From: Lytechinus pictus
Taxonomy: Eukaryota
Reading direction: 5' to 3'
NCBI RefSeq assembly: GCF_037042905.1
Contig: NW_026974140.1
Coordinates: forward strand, 15,934,001-15,998,000
Length of the DNA stretch: 64,000 bases
Below the pieces are notes generated by a model. That model was not told the origin of the DNA and did no database searches. It saw only the letters and a list, made by a program, of their open reading frames with translations. Made by a program: the position numbers and the translations under genes. Below, piece after piece: positions 25,012-39,100 of the stretch; position 1 is the first letter of the stretch, and each line of letters opens with the position of its first letter.

Positions 25012-28000
25012 ATGGCGATCATCATGAAGAGTTGTTGTTGCTTTGAAACGATTGAGAAGGGAACGGTGGCTTCAGCTATTTACTCTATGGTAAGTGTTGT
25101 ATGAGTCTCGTCAGAATCATTGCTTCCCTGATTGCATATTAACACTCCTAGAAATTAGATCATATACTTCGATGTGACATACTTACAAATAATTATTAAG
25201 CATTGTTGAAAATGGTAATTGACCTGATGGGCATTTGGACTCCCGAAAAGTTCCACGAGAGAAGGAGACACTGGAATACAGATGCGGGTTGGGGACACAT
25301 CAGGGGCCGCGGAACCGGGGGGCTGGGGGCTTCAGCCCCCCCCCCCCCCACTTTTTTCCAAAACCGTGTACAAAAACGTAAAATTGACCATAATGATTGT
25401 GATTTTTAGCATGGTCAGCCCCCACACTTTTGGCTCAGCCCCCCACTTTGAAAACCGTTCCGCGGCCCCTGCACATCCCCCATGCACCAAAGATACAACT
25501 GCGGAGGGGGGGGGGGGTAAAAAGGAAGGAAATCTGTTAAGAAAATATATTTTCTTCTTGAAAAGGTCAAATAATTTTGGATCTCTCGCTTCACCCCCTC
25601 AATATGACACTCATGACACCACTGGTGCCAGACAATATTATAAGCTATTTCAAAGTGGATTTGACAAACAACCCCTACACTTTATTCACACCAAGCAACC
25701 CCCTTTTTGCGTATCATATATTTCAAAACAGATCCAATAATACTTGAATAAATTCTCCAGCATGCTTAAATACACTGTTCACTCCTTACATCATTTCCCC
25801 TAAACTTTTGATGCATATTTGATTACAGTCTGTGTGATGCAGTCATTTTAAAGTTCATTTTAAGTTTAAATCTAAATGCCTTGTAGTGAATGACGGAAAT
25901 TAAATTAACATTTAATGAAAGCACTATAAATCTGATTTGGGGGTGGGGTGCGCTGTAATAATTATTTCATTTCGTTTCATTTACTGGTTTTCGCAACATT
26001 TTTCATAACCAAAATCTGGACAAGAAAATACATATCTAAAATTTGACATCAAGATAATGAAAAATAATTTTGTCATCAAACATATCAGTATAAATAAACA
26101 ATTTAAGTGGTATTTTCTGTTACACAATAAATAGGATGGTTGCATTTCGTTTCATTTACTGGTTTTCGCAACATTTTTCATAACCAAAATCTGGACAAGA
26201 AAATACATATCTAAAATTTGACATCAAGATAATGAACAATAATTTTGTCATCAAACATATCAGTATAAATAAACAATTTAAGTGATATTTTCTGTTACAC
26301 AATAAATAGGATGGTTGCAAGGGTCGTCACAAAAGCAAAGCTTGAAAACGTGACAGCCCTGGAAATTAAGTTAGCCAAAATCATATTATCTACTGTTATA
26401 AAACGTTCAAGTGCATGAAGGGACTCGGTGCGGGGGGGGGGGGCAAGGGAGATGTTTGGTCCTTAGAATGAAATGTTATTTAAAAAAAATAAGCTCTGTT
26501 GTTTATTTTTTAAATACATGTTCTAGATAAAAGTCAATGTCTCATTAAAACAATAATAATAATATATTTTTAATTTGTTAGGTTTAATTGCAATTCTTTT
26601 ATGGCTCGTTTAAAGAAATAAAATGATATTGTCTGCTTGAGTGAATCTGGCAATGCATTCCAAATATCAGGTCCAATTCTTTTATGGCTCGTTTAAAGAA
26701 ATAAAATGATATTGTCTGCTTGAGTGAATCTGGCAATGCATTCCAAATATCAGGTCCATGATTTCTTAGTGTTTTATGTGCAAATATAGTGTCCTGGGAT
26801 TATTTAAGTGAATATTATTGCATGTTCTTGTTGGATGTGAGTGTAAATTGCTATTATATGAAAATAAATCCGTGAATATTGGAGGAAACATGCCATAATT
26901 ATATTTACGCATAAAAAGTGATATTTATATTAATATAATATATATTAAATATTTTCAGACGTTAAAAAATTTAAAATATTGCGTGTCATTGAGAATGTTT
27001 TCAAAAGGTAATGTGCATGAGGATGGGGACATTATTTGCCCGAAATCATTTGACAAGTCAGGTTTGAAAGTGAAATTGAATGTTGATCCGCATCGAAAAA
27101 AAAAATGGAAAGTCATTTGAAGTAGGTCGTCGGTGTTTTGATGACATGATAATTTTAACACATCACCAGCACGAACGGTGAAGCTCCTTTTATTCTAATA
27201 TTTTCTTTGCCGGAGAGTGTCTAAAAACAAAAAAGAACTCATGATGTTTTGGTGAAAGCAGCAATGATTCATATTGTTCTATTGATGCGTGCATGATTTT
27301 GACATGGGTGGATTGTTTTGAAACTTGTGTTAAGACTTTGAGGATATCATACTTCCGTTCATGGCCAGAGAATGGTGTGGACCTGGTAGATTTTGGAATA
27401 TATTTTGGATGACCCCCCCCCCATCAAAATATAATAAGAACGGACGTTTTATATTGACGATCTGTATTTATCAATATCCTTAGCGTTGTTTGATAGGAAA
27501 CTAATGTCTTTCCTCTTCATTATGTTGTGCTTAACTTATCAAATTACGCTTGTTAAAAAATAAAAAAGAATGTAAAACTGTTTATAATCATTCAATGAGT
27601 TAGGATAATCATGAGATAATGAGAAAAGAGTACAATAAAAATTTTGGTCATTATTTCAGAAAAACGCAGACTACAATGCACTTCAATTATACAGAGATGA
27701 CTTTTACTATCTTTTAATTATACAAACTGCCCAGTTACACCCCCATGAAAGCATGATCCGATCATTGTTGGCCAATGCGAGGGTTTGATGGATTCCGGAT
27801 ACCGGATATCAGCTGCATTAAATGGGTCCGTTAACCCGAGATCTGTGGCAGATAAAACATTTACGTTTGTCATATCCCAAGCTATGATGTATAGGGATGG
27901 GCATGGCTTTCTTTCATCGACCACACCAGGAGAGCATTTCATGAAACACCTAGTCAGATATTTTCAATGACAATTGTTATAAGCTACTGAAATCCTTGCA

Positions 28001-31000
28001 TCTGATTGGCTGAGAACAATAAGTCAGTGAAAAATCGCTGATATTGAAGCATGAAATATCCTCTGTAATCCCTTAATCCGATTGAAAGATTTGGAAGAAA
28101 TACGAGATCACTTTTCGAAAGCGAGACAGTTCTATTTTCAAAACAAATATAGTTTTAAGCACATGCATCCATAATCCCCATGCCAGCATGAGATAATTTT
28201 TGAACATGATAGCAACAGTGTAATTGATATTCATGAGTCTAAAATCAATTTCAGCCTGTCCACATGCAGATGTAGAAGTCATGCAACAATATACAAAATT
28301 TATTTCAATATCATGAATTTTTAATGTTCTTTTTTTTTTCATATAGCTTCATGATATAATAAGATCACATGCATGGTGTCCATAGTAATATTTTTTTTAA
28401 TCATTATAAATCTGGATGTGGTCTTTCTTATTTGTTTGCATTTTTGTAGTTGACATCTATCATCGCATTCGGATGGGTAACATACAGGATTCAACCTCTT
28501 CAAACATTATTTCAAGGTGAGATTTATTAGTCTTTTGACAAAAAAACCCTTCCGATAATCACAAATTAATGAACAACAAAATACAAATGAAAACACAGAA
28601 TATAATTCGTTCCCTTGTAAACCATGAGAAAGGAATGACATTAATTGTGTTTCAATACACTTGAAATTATTCACGATTGTCTTTAAAAGCTTAGGGTAAA
28701 CTCAAATCCCTGGTCAACTCTATCAAAATTTGAAGAATAAAAGCAATTCATCTAGATTGGCACCACGGTGCTCACTTTGGGAGGAATGAGGGCTGAAGAC
28801 CCCAATATAGTACTTCCCCGTCAGCGGTAGTTTACTGCAAATATTATTTTGTTTCAATTTTGTATACCCCCTCCCCGAAATATAATTTTGGTAGACTTCT
28901 TATATTAAAGCGCAAAGAAAACATGGAGAATTTGAGTGCCAGAGATCAGGTTGTATCTATAATTATATAGCGTGATATTTGTATAGCTCCAATGTTAAAA
29001 AATTTTGTTCATGAATAATTGTACTTAGTTGTGAACGACAACTAGTTACGAAATTCAAATTTAAGTGTTTTGTTTTACCCCTCTCAGATATGGAAGGGGA
29101 TCATGAGATGCACATCCGAGCTATTTATATTTCCTATATGGTAGCTGTCATCTTAACTATCTCTTTGGTCGCTTCGGCTATGATTCTTCTTATAGGAACC
29201 ATAAAGGTAAGATACTCAACATCTTCATCACAATTAAAACGAACTTATAGCATGAAAATTATTTTGATAATGATGATCATATCGCACAGTTTTACCTTCC
29301 TGGTGTATGGGGGGGGGGGGCTTGACCGAAAAAGTTCCATGACAGGAAGAAAAAAGAACAAATGTGAAGAAAATATAAGAAAAGTGGTGAAATGTGATAT
29401 TATTTTCCGAATACTGTGTCAAACTATATATCGAAATTAGATTTTCATTTGAACAATGTTAATTATTTTAATTCGCTCGCTTCCCTCGCTCTAGGCTGTT
29501 GATAAATTTTGCTCTATACACCATGTTGTGCTCTCTCAAAACTTTTGACGCATTGTAGCATCGGTTAGCAATTTGGTAGTTGATCCTCCAGAATACTCCT
29601 GCGAGATTTTTTTTATGGAGGTTACGGTGTCTAGAGAGTGAATTTCAAGGGATTTTAAGTTTATATTTTATTTGTTTCACCAAGATTTACTGTTTATTTC
29701 TTTATTCATTTTCTTTTAACAGGGTAAACGTTTCTTTATGATACCTTTCCTCATCATCATCTTGATCACCATCGTCCTTCAAGTGCCCTTCACAATCTTC
29801 TTGCTCTGTCATTTTGTTAAGGTGAGTAGTCACATCATCATGTCCATATATCATTTATTTATAATCTAACAATTGATGATCTAACTGAATAACTGAATAA
29901 TTAAAAGTACTCGGAATGCTATGCGAACTTAACAGTACTGATTCCAAATTTCCTATTGTGAATTCGTATTTTGAATAAAACATTGTACCAATTTTAACTA
30001 TAGCAATGTTTTCAAATGCAGGAAACGGACGTGACATCTATTGCAAATTTGCTTTTGGTAGCAATGATTTGGGACATACAAATTTAGTTTCAAGTTTCTA
30101 GCAATGTCTTGCTAACCCGACAATCTTTGAACTTATAAGCTTCCTTTCTCGCTCTCTTCATTTCAGACCAACTTTGTGAATCTAACTATTCTGGTACACG
30201 TACTTTTCAACGTACCTCTCGTCTTTTTAAATGTAAGTAAAAAATCTAGTGATTCATTTTAGAATTATATATGGGTACAATTAAAGATGTTCAACAAAAA
30301 CATAAACAGATAAATCAATTAGGCTCTAGCATGTCTACAGTGCGTATCAAAAAAAGTTTACACTTAGAAAAAATCCTGTAAAATTATACATTTGTAATAT
30401 CCTGAAGATTTTTCCACATTTTAACATTGGTACAGATCAATTTACGCAAATGACGATATAACTGTCGAAAAATATTTCCGCTTGAGTGAGCACCACTTAC
30501 TTTTTAAAAGTTAGTGAAAAATGATTTACGCAGAACTTTGAAATAGTTATGCAAATAAAAGTAGACCTTAATCATGAAGAACACGTGGAATTTAGCTAGT
30601 AAAATTGATTTGAAGATATCTTTTACCCTTTTTAACTTGTTTCATTGCCCAAAACATTTCGAAAAGTGCATTGCACCCCACCCCACTCCCCCACACACCG
30701 AGGCCATCGTGACGATATTTGCTTTACACTGAGCTGTGATTTACATGAAATATGGCTTAGGCCTGATTTTCATTTTGTTAATCATTGTCAAGCTTGGGAA
30801 AAGTGTGGAGAAACAAGTATTAAATTTCAAATGAAATGTAAACCCACTTTAAATGATAAAAACTTAGTGAAAACATGCTGGAGATGTCTGATATAAACCT
30901 TTGTTCCAGCTGGCACAAAAAGGGTAAAGTTTGTGCTTACTAAGTGTTCAATTTTGGTGGCAAAATTGTTACAAAATGCTTGAATGTATCCGTTTTATTT

Positions 31001-32818
31001 CAATTGACTAAAAGTGCAAGGGGAATTTATGAGAAATGTTTCGCAGGGTAAGTTAAATTTCGCCCTTTCCCCTTGATACATCGTGAAAACGAGCATTTCT
31101 GCGCAAACAGACTTCTGCGAGCTTTACAAAAATGGACAGTGCTCACTCAATAGTGTAACATTCTGTCAAAACTTTTACTTTCATTGGATAGATGAGACCC
31201 AAACCAAAGAATATATGTGAAAAAATTACCCACATGTTGTATATCTTTTTAATTCCCAGGGCTTTTTCAAAGTGTAAACTTTTTTTTGATACGCACTGTA
31301 CATTGTTCTGAAGTGACGCATGGCACTTTACATAAGCCTGCATATTCTAGGTTTTTATATTGTTATTATGTCTGACGATTTCGTTTTTCCTCCCAGAATT
31401 CGATATAAACAGTGTCATTCAAAAATATAAACCTCCCCAATAGTCGCCTTTTTTATTCACTCACCTTCAACTGTTCAACATTTCAAGTCTTTGAAAACTA
31501 TTGAACAATCTTATATATCCAACATGACGATCCAAGTTCCGATAAACTTAAGTATATTTTCTACGATTTTATCATTTGACGTTTCTTTTGATAATCATAT
31601 ACAAACGTTCAGGATCGTATTTATAATTTGTATTATTGGTCTTGTATTTTATTAGATTGCAAGTTTTTTCTGTGTGATCGCGAGGTTTCAGCAGTTATCA
31701 TTCGAACCTGAAGATTCATCCGACTCTGACATCGAAAGCCTGGATGAAATCAAGATTGAAAACTTTAATCGTCTCAGGAGAGAATCTCAACATATAACGG
31801 TAAACTTTTTTTTCCTTTCGTGACTGTATTTGTCAATTCTTTTAACTCAGTGCATCGATCCATGTTTTAGATTAGGGGCGGCAAAGGTAAAACAAACAAA
31901 AAAGTCTCAAATATTCGACGCGCTTTGCGTGCCAGTTTATGATAACAAAATTTGCCGGAAAATTTACAATGGGGGGGGGGGGGCGGGGGGGGGGGGCAAA
32001 TCGTTATGTTTGTCTCCCCAAAATAATTTCACTGTGGATCGTTCACCCCTGCCCCCCTACCCCTGGATGGAGGTCTCTGCAATATTACTTTAATTGACAT
32101 TCATCCAGGGTTATACAGGCCTTTACAAGTACAAATACACTCAAAAGACAAATCAGTAAAAAAATGACTAGTTAATAGGGTCAGCCGCTGGGTGCAACTG
32201 TTATTCTAGTCGTATTTAACTATTTTCTAGTCGTATTTTACTAGAACAGAGATATTGCTGACTAGAATATATTTCAAAAGTGTGACTAGACATATCAGTT
32301 GCACCCAGCTGACTAATAGTCTTGTCATTTGACTGATTTGTTTTAAGAGTGTGCTATGTTGTATATAATTTTCCATTATATACTATTATTATGAAAATTT
32401 CGATTTCATTGCATGCTGAGTCATGATATGGCAAAATTTAAACGGTGATGTATGTCACAAACAAGGCCTCAAACTAACATTAAAGTTATTTGACTCATCA
32501 AGTTTGCTTTCCCTCATATTAATGTGATAGTTTTTAATACATTTGGACAAACTATACAAAGAAACACTGGGGTCAAACATAAATATTATTTTCCTGATAT
32601 ATATATATATAGCCACAAAGTTTCTTTTAGGTAGCTCTTATACGATTGATTGTTTATATATTTAGCCCAATAGAGATTATTATAACCAGGGTCCCGTTAT
32701 ATCATTACCGCATTTCATGCATTATACTGAATCTTTTATCGTCGATTACTTACCAGATGTTTCCTTATTATTATATTTATCAACTCCACAGATCTTAAAG
32801 ATACACACCACTGTTTGA
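25012..32818 (+). CDS. LAPTM4-like four-transmembrane protein, paralog A (~199 aa, 7 coding exons)
   Basis: Hand-spliced exons 25012-25089, 28450-28516, 29088-29206, 29723-29821, 30167-30232, 31656-31799, 32792-32818; all GT-AG; intron phases 0,1,0,0,0,0; frame stays open. Starts MAIIMKSCCCF, has four hydrophobic segments with K.GKRFFMIPF and LNIASFFCV, an acidic tail, and ends in HTTV. Confidence 0.85.
25301..25471. mobile_element. MITE with 5-bp TSD in intron 1 of paralog A
   Basis: TIRs CAGGGGCCGCGGAAC / GTTCCGCGGCCCCTG; TSD CACAT on both sides. A related right end lies at ~23535-23552. Confidence 0.8.
25968..26320. repeat. Tandem duplication, ~175-bp unit x2
   Basis: CATTTCGTTTCATTTACTGGTTTTCGC begins at ~25968 and ~26143; the copies are near identical. 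Confidence 0.85.
26320..26930 (-). mobile_element. Decayed Crack/L2-type LINE 3' fragment with an internal ~84-bp tandem duplication
   Basis: Minus strand reads AHKTLRNHGPDIWNALPDSLKQTISFYFFKRAIKEL (GP.IWN.LP ORF2 end); 26591-26757 is duplicated. Confidence 0.65.
30338..31298. mobile_element. Non-autonomous Tc1/mariner element in intron 5 of paralog A
   Basis: TIR CAGTGCGTATCAAAAAAAGTTTACACTT at both ends; TA target duplication. Confidence 0.9.
32138..32351. mobile_element. MITE with CACTC termini
   Basis: CACTC..ACAAATCAGT / ACTGATTTGT..GAGTG TIRs; internal GCTGGGTGCAACTG / CAGTTGCACCCAGC inverted repeat. Confidence 0.65.
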
Positions 32819-34619
32819 GGCACCCTCGGTTTATTGGCAGACAGACGCTCATTTCGGATAATTCAGTGACGTTCTTGAATGACGACTGATTATAGCAAGA
32901 CAACAAAAACGATGATTACAGCCATGATGACGGCGACGAACGTGATGATGATGTTGATGATGATGATGATGATGATAATGATAATTGGCAAAACATATAC
33001 GTGATGAACTTTTCGCGAGATATTGAAATCTCAAACAATTTATTAGAAATACTTTTATTATAAAAAAAGTAATCATAATTCCTAAAGTGAAGTTATGTGA
33101 CTAATAATAGACATTCAAAAGATGTGACGTCAATGCAATACATGTTTTTCTTTGGGAAATATGCTGGTTCGTATCTTCCAATGTAATTCTCTTTTGCGCT
33201 CTCTCTTGCTCTTCCCCCATCTGCTGCGCGCACTCCCCGTTTCTCCTTCCCCCTCTCTCGCTTTCTCTCTCACTTGACACTATTTTTATTATGATATTCA
33301 AAATTAGTCTGAATTATTTAATGTATTGAATAATGTGATGATTGCGATTGGGCAAATATCATGAGCATGCTATACATACCGTCTTTGCGCTGTTGCTTCC
33401 ACTGCCATTTTAAATCATGTTATTTCTTAGTATATATAACCATACGACACTGGCCTGATGTTTAGGATTACATTTTGGCATGGATGCTCTGAATTTAGGC
33501 ATATAAATATGCATCATGTATTAAAAAATATGCAGATAATGATGCAGATGTTTCCTAATACATTAGTCAGGAACTATTTCTGGAGGGTCCAATATTTAAC
33601 CCTTCACATTCATTGCCCTTATTATTATGCTTGATGAGTGCATTATGAAGGCCAATGTTGTCGTAAATAATATTTATATTGTAATTATAATATATAAGAA
33701 ATATTTCATTGAAATAAATATTCATATCTTGTTTAGACACGATGTTACTTTTTTTCAAATTGCAGCTTTACTGCCCTAACCCAACGTATTAGTATTGAAA
33801 AAATGTGCTTTTAGTCTTGTAGAAATATTGCGATGAAAAATAATATATTTGTCTTGATAACATGTTTATATTATCCATTAACATTCATGATGAATGATAG
33901 CATATTGGTCTTTTTTTAGCATTTTGTGCAGCTTACTCTGGTAAAAGTGCTTTATAAGCCATTTAGTTTTTATCCAAGTGTGTATTGATTGTGTATAAAT
34001 ATGTATGGATGTGTAATCATAAGTTATATTGAATGAATATATATTTTTCAATGTCCCTTTAAATAAGTTACTAGTATTATCCATTTAAAAAAGAGAACTG
34101 TGCTGCCTCATCAGTTGAAAGTATTATACACAAATGCCTCGTATTTTTCGTAGCTGTTACTTCATTTAATAAAATGATCTGAATGTATGTGCATTAAAAA
34201 AACTTATCATGTAAATATACCATTTATATACCTATTCATTGTGAATATGTAAATATACTGTCTCTATAAGAGGCAAGTTTTAGTTTATAAACTGTAAATA
34301 ATAAAATGAAAACAATGCCTCAAAACACTTAATTTCAGATTCTTTCATTTTGATTAGTGATGCATGATGATGAGCAGTGTGGGTGATGGTTATGATGGGG
34401 ATGTCGCACTGTTGGGGGTGACGATGATAATGATGATGATGACGATTATGGTGGTGGTGGTGGTGGTGATGTCACTGATGTTGACTGATATAGTGATGAT
34501 GATGGTGGAGATGTCGGTAGTATAAAGATCGTATCTCTGTGGTGGATGACGATATGTCGAGCGCCATCTATCGACCTGGCACCACCAAGTTAACTTTTAC
34601 GAGATGAAAGCTATCGTTC

Positions 34620-35350
34620 TAGAAAGAATTGGAATAGTGTGGAATGGTTATTTACATATATATACTGATGGATCCAAACAGGAAAATTTTTGAACGGGGG
34701 CAGCATTTTATGTTCCTCAATATGAAATAAAAAAGTATTTCAGGTTATCCAATGTAAGTATCATGACATGAGAGCGGAACCACTGAGCGGAACTCTTGGC
34801 CATTTTAATGGCACTTGAGTGGTTAGACTCCTTTGATAAACCATGTTCAGTTGTAATTTTTTGCGACTCTTTGTCAGCACTGAATGTGATTGATTCATAT
34901 TTCATAAAATGCACCATTATTAATGAAATTTTATTTAAAATTCATAAACTCAGTTTGAAAGATATCTGTATTAATTTTGAATGGATTCCCTCACATTGTG
35001 ATGTTAACGGCAATGAGATCGTCGATAAAGCTGACAAGAAAGGAGCCGCGAAAATTTTTGTAGACATCGTTTTACCAAACACAATAAATGAACTCACATG
35101 CTCACGCATGATATTTCAAATTAAACAGCACTCTTCCGGCCTCTGTGAGGTGTGCAAAGAATTTGAGACTATTGAACATTGTATTTTATTTTGTTCAAAA
35201 TATGTAAAGGAGAGACGCATTATGTTTAATAAACTTAAGATGAATGATCCGAATCTTAAACAATTATTGTTAATTAATCCCGATTATACACTGTTGTTGT
35301 TGTTGTTGTTCGGAAAGAAGGATTTCGAATTTTTATTAATAAGAAATTAA
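34620..35350 (+). pseudogene. Decayed I/Nimb-group non-LTR retrotransposon ORF2 end (RNase H plus CCHC knuckle)
   Basis: IYTDGSK..TGAAFY, AEL.AILMAL, VIFCDSLSAL, WIPSHCDVNGNEIVD, then CEVCKEFETIEHCILFC; stops and frameshifts upstream. Confidence 0.85.
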
Positions 35351-35899
35351 GAAAAGACAAGACAAACGAATAAAAAGGACGTGGAATTGTATGTGATTTC
35401 ACATTTGAATTGTTATTTGACCCGGGTATTTGACGAATATTTTAAGAAATTCTATAAATATATAACTAGTAGCCGAGCTGGTGTGCCCTTTTTCACGAAC
35501 AATCATTTAGCACGCGCGATATTTAATTTCTCTATTTTTATTGAAGTGTTATTCCTCGAAGATGTCTAGTTCATGTAGGACCTACTAATATAATAGGTGG
35601 ATGGGTGACTAATCTATATTAATATGTCATATATTCGTCACCAATGGTTTAACGTCGTATGGACCGCCTTTGCCGACGACGTCCTACTTACGAAAGTGAC
35701 TGGCGCGTATAATCTGGAGAGCACATGCGCTATGCACAGCGATTGAAGAGCGCCATCATGTTCAACAACAACAACAACAACTTTTACAACCAACCGAAAA
35801 AAAGCGAAATCGCTGAAGGCAAATGTAGAGTCAAGACGATAAGGAGACAAACAAGCTGTTTGAATCACGAGTCAAACTCCTGTCCTGCGTTGTTTCGTT

Positions 35900-36128
35900 G
35901 TAATTATTAAATTGACTGACTTATCGGCTGCCGACTTATCTTCAATCAGTTCAGCAAGTTCAGGTGGCTCCTTCAGTCACTGTGAGTGTGAACGGACTGA
36001 CCCCATCCGCCCCCGCCAGCGGCCAGGCCAAGGAAAGGCGGCCCAATCACGTCTCCGACATCTCTTTGGAGACTTTGATAGGGACTTGAGAGTCTTGAGA
36101 CGGTAGTTGCTCAGTAGTTTATTGAAAA
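35900..36128 (+). promoter_or_regulatory. CpG-rich promoter / 5'UTR of paralog B
   Basis: GC boxes CCGCCCCCGCC (~36007) and CCAAT (~36043) immediately upstream of AAAAATGG. Confidence 0.55.
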
Positions 36129-39100
36129 ATGGCTATCCTCACACGTTGTTGCTGTTTTACTCTTCGCAATGGCTCCATTGCTGCAGCTATTTATTCTTTG
36201 GTAAGATTATTATTTTTTAATAAATTAAGATAAGATTTTTTTATTAAACTCAAACTGGCGCCGACAGATTATGGGATGATGGGATTGATGAGATTGACTC
36301 ATTGATTGAGACATGTTTGTTCGTGAGACATTTTAATGAATTTTACAAGATTTTTCAGCCTTATCCTGAGGCTGAAATAAGTCATCTCTCTTCTCATGTG
36401 TGTCAGTGTGTGTGCGCTCGTTGTGTACAAAGTCAATGGGAGATGAAAGAAGTCACCATGGTCACAGCCGCTGACGAAATAAACAGCAGTGAATGGAGTG
36501 GTGACTTAAACCAGGATAATGCCGATTTTTCAAATGGCACCTTTTACAGTACACTTAATAATCTATCCATTTGGTAAGCATAAGGTCTGACTTATAAAAT
36601 ATTCTTTGGGTATGTATAATGTACTGTTCATCTGTCTTTCTTTAGACTTTAGTTTACTATTCAATTGAACACACAAATAAATAATGGAACTCAGTCATAT
36701 CCAACTTCCTTCAGCGAGCAAATGTAAATAACGTTTTAGATCTAGGCCTAGTCACGTATTAACATGATTGCGGACGCGGATATTACTGCGTACAAAAACA
36801 ATTTCGTACCGTAAGACTTCCGCAGTTCAATTTCACAGAGCATACAAACATACAGTTCTACAAGATTGCAAAAACAAGGCGAAAAAATAAAACTTTTACC
36901 TTATTTTTCTCTGAAATGACAGAAAATGGTTGAAATATCGTATAACATAGTTTTGCATTAGTAATTGATATATTTTCTGACAGAAATATGGACCTGATTT
37001 GCCGAATTTCAATCTCGTCCGCTCCTTGAGGTATATTGCGTAATGCGTATGAAGGTGTAGATCTATGCTGTATAATACAGTGATTAGAGCAGTCAGCAAT
37101 TGACAGCGCATCGATAGAACTTGATGAGCGTTATGATACGAACGACCATAATGCAAAATGCTATTAAAAAGAAAAAAAGAAAATTAGTTAGCAAACACAG
37201 ATTTATTACCAACATCTGCTCAGATTAGATAAAGCAAACAAAAAATCACATCAATTCTTTCTTACATCATTACAATCAAGAATATCTTTATCCGTCCGGC
37301 GTGTGTCCGGAATCATGATGTAATTTGTCACGTACGAAAATAATTGTTTTTCGTGGAGGGGTATGCGGCAAGTGCGATGCAAAGAAAACGGTTGGTAAAT
37401 ATGCAATAATTTTATCATATTCATAATTTTCATATATTTGGAATAGCAAGTGCAAATTTTTCTTGATTGTATTTCCTCTAGTTGTCATTTTGTTCACTGA
37501 AATGAAGGTGTCCGGCAATAGTATACACTGCCATGCATAAATCCCCATTCTCTGATTCTAGAGAAATTTGAACCAGTTATCTGTCCCAATTCCCTTCCTT
37601 TGTGATAAAAATATATTACCAAAACCTGCTTTCTGTAGTATACCTTCAATGTTACTCATCCATTTTGACGTGAACTGCATATTTTGATCTTAGTGCATAT
37701 TAAAAACCAAGCTATAAATCAAGAAAGTGTACTTGTCATCCTCACCTGTCACAATTCTGAGCCAAAATCCAATCGTTCTACAACTGATATGACTTAATAA
37801 GGTGCTGCGCCCAGTTACTCCATATCTGGCATCTGGAGTAAACTTATTTACCCGTAAAATTGTTCTAAAAAACTTTCTGTGAAAAATTTCAACTTGAGCA
37901 ATATCTTCATAGCCCCATACATGTACTTCACACCCATATGTCAGTATTGGTAAAATCATCCAATCAAATAATTCACACTGTATCAATGGACAGTTGTAAT
38001 CTTTTTGCTTATGCTCATAAACTGTACAAAGCTTTCCTTGCCTGGGATACCTGCTTTGTGGCTGTTAATTTGAATGTACCTTTATACTTAAAGGTCAAGT
38101 CCACCCCAGTGAAATATTAATTTTGATAAATAGGGAAAAATCAAACAAGCATAATGCTGAAAATTTCATCAAAATCGGATGTAAAATGAGAAAGTTATGA
38201 CATTTTAAAGTTTCGCTTAATTTCACACAACAGTTATATGCACATCCTGGTCAAATCAACATTTTGTTGGGGTGGACTTGTCCTTTAAAGAGATGGTCCG
38301 GGCTGAAAGTATTTATGCTTAATAAATAGAGTAGAATTCACTGAGCAAAATGCTGAAAATTTCATCAAAATCGGATAACAAATAAAGTTATTGAATTTTA
38401 AAGTTTAGCAATATTTTGTGAAAACAGTCGTCATGAACATTCATTAGGTGGGCTGATGATGTCACATCCCCACTTGTTCTTTTGTAATTTATTGTATGAA
38501 ATTAGGTTTATTCAAATTTTTTCCTCCAAGAACTAGAAAAATTGGATTAACAACTGATTTAGTGCATTAGATATTCATTGCTGCAACTTATTTCATTATA
38601 AGGGAGACATATTATTCACACAAGTATGAAATAATGAAAAAATTATGATTTTATGTAATAACATAAGAAAACGGAAAGTGGGGATGTGACATCGTCAGCC
38701 CACCTAATGAATATTCATGACGAATGTTTTCACAAAATATTGCTAAACTTTAAACTTAAGCTCGCTAAAATTATCTCAAACTGGTATTCTGAAAATTCTT
38801 ATAACTCTGTAAGGACGTCCCCCATTTTGTCTCTGACACTGACACGCCCGATGTTAATTGGGAAGTTCACCCTGACAAACAGTTTACTGCAAAAATAGCA
38901 GAAAAAATAATAAAGAATGTTTGAGAAAAATTCATCAAAGAATAAAGAATTTGTTAGAATTTTAATTATTTGATTTGTGAAGTCATATGTACTTTTTGTA
39001 TATTAATAGACAAAACATTTCATGCCTGTTCCTAAAAAGAAAAAAACAATTCATCATGAAGCATTAAATATTTAAAAATTTGTGCATATTATATTACATG

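Noticed and set aside
32849-33076. Poly-His ORF
   Set aside because: It is the reverse translation of a (GAT)n microsatellite downstream of paralog A's stop.
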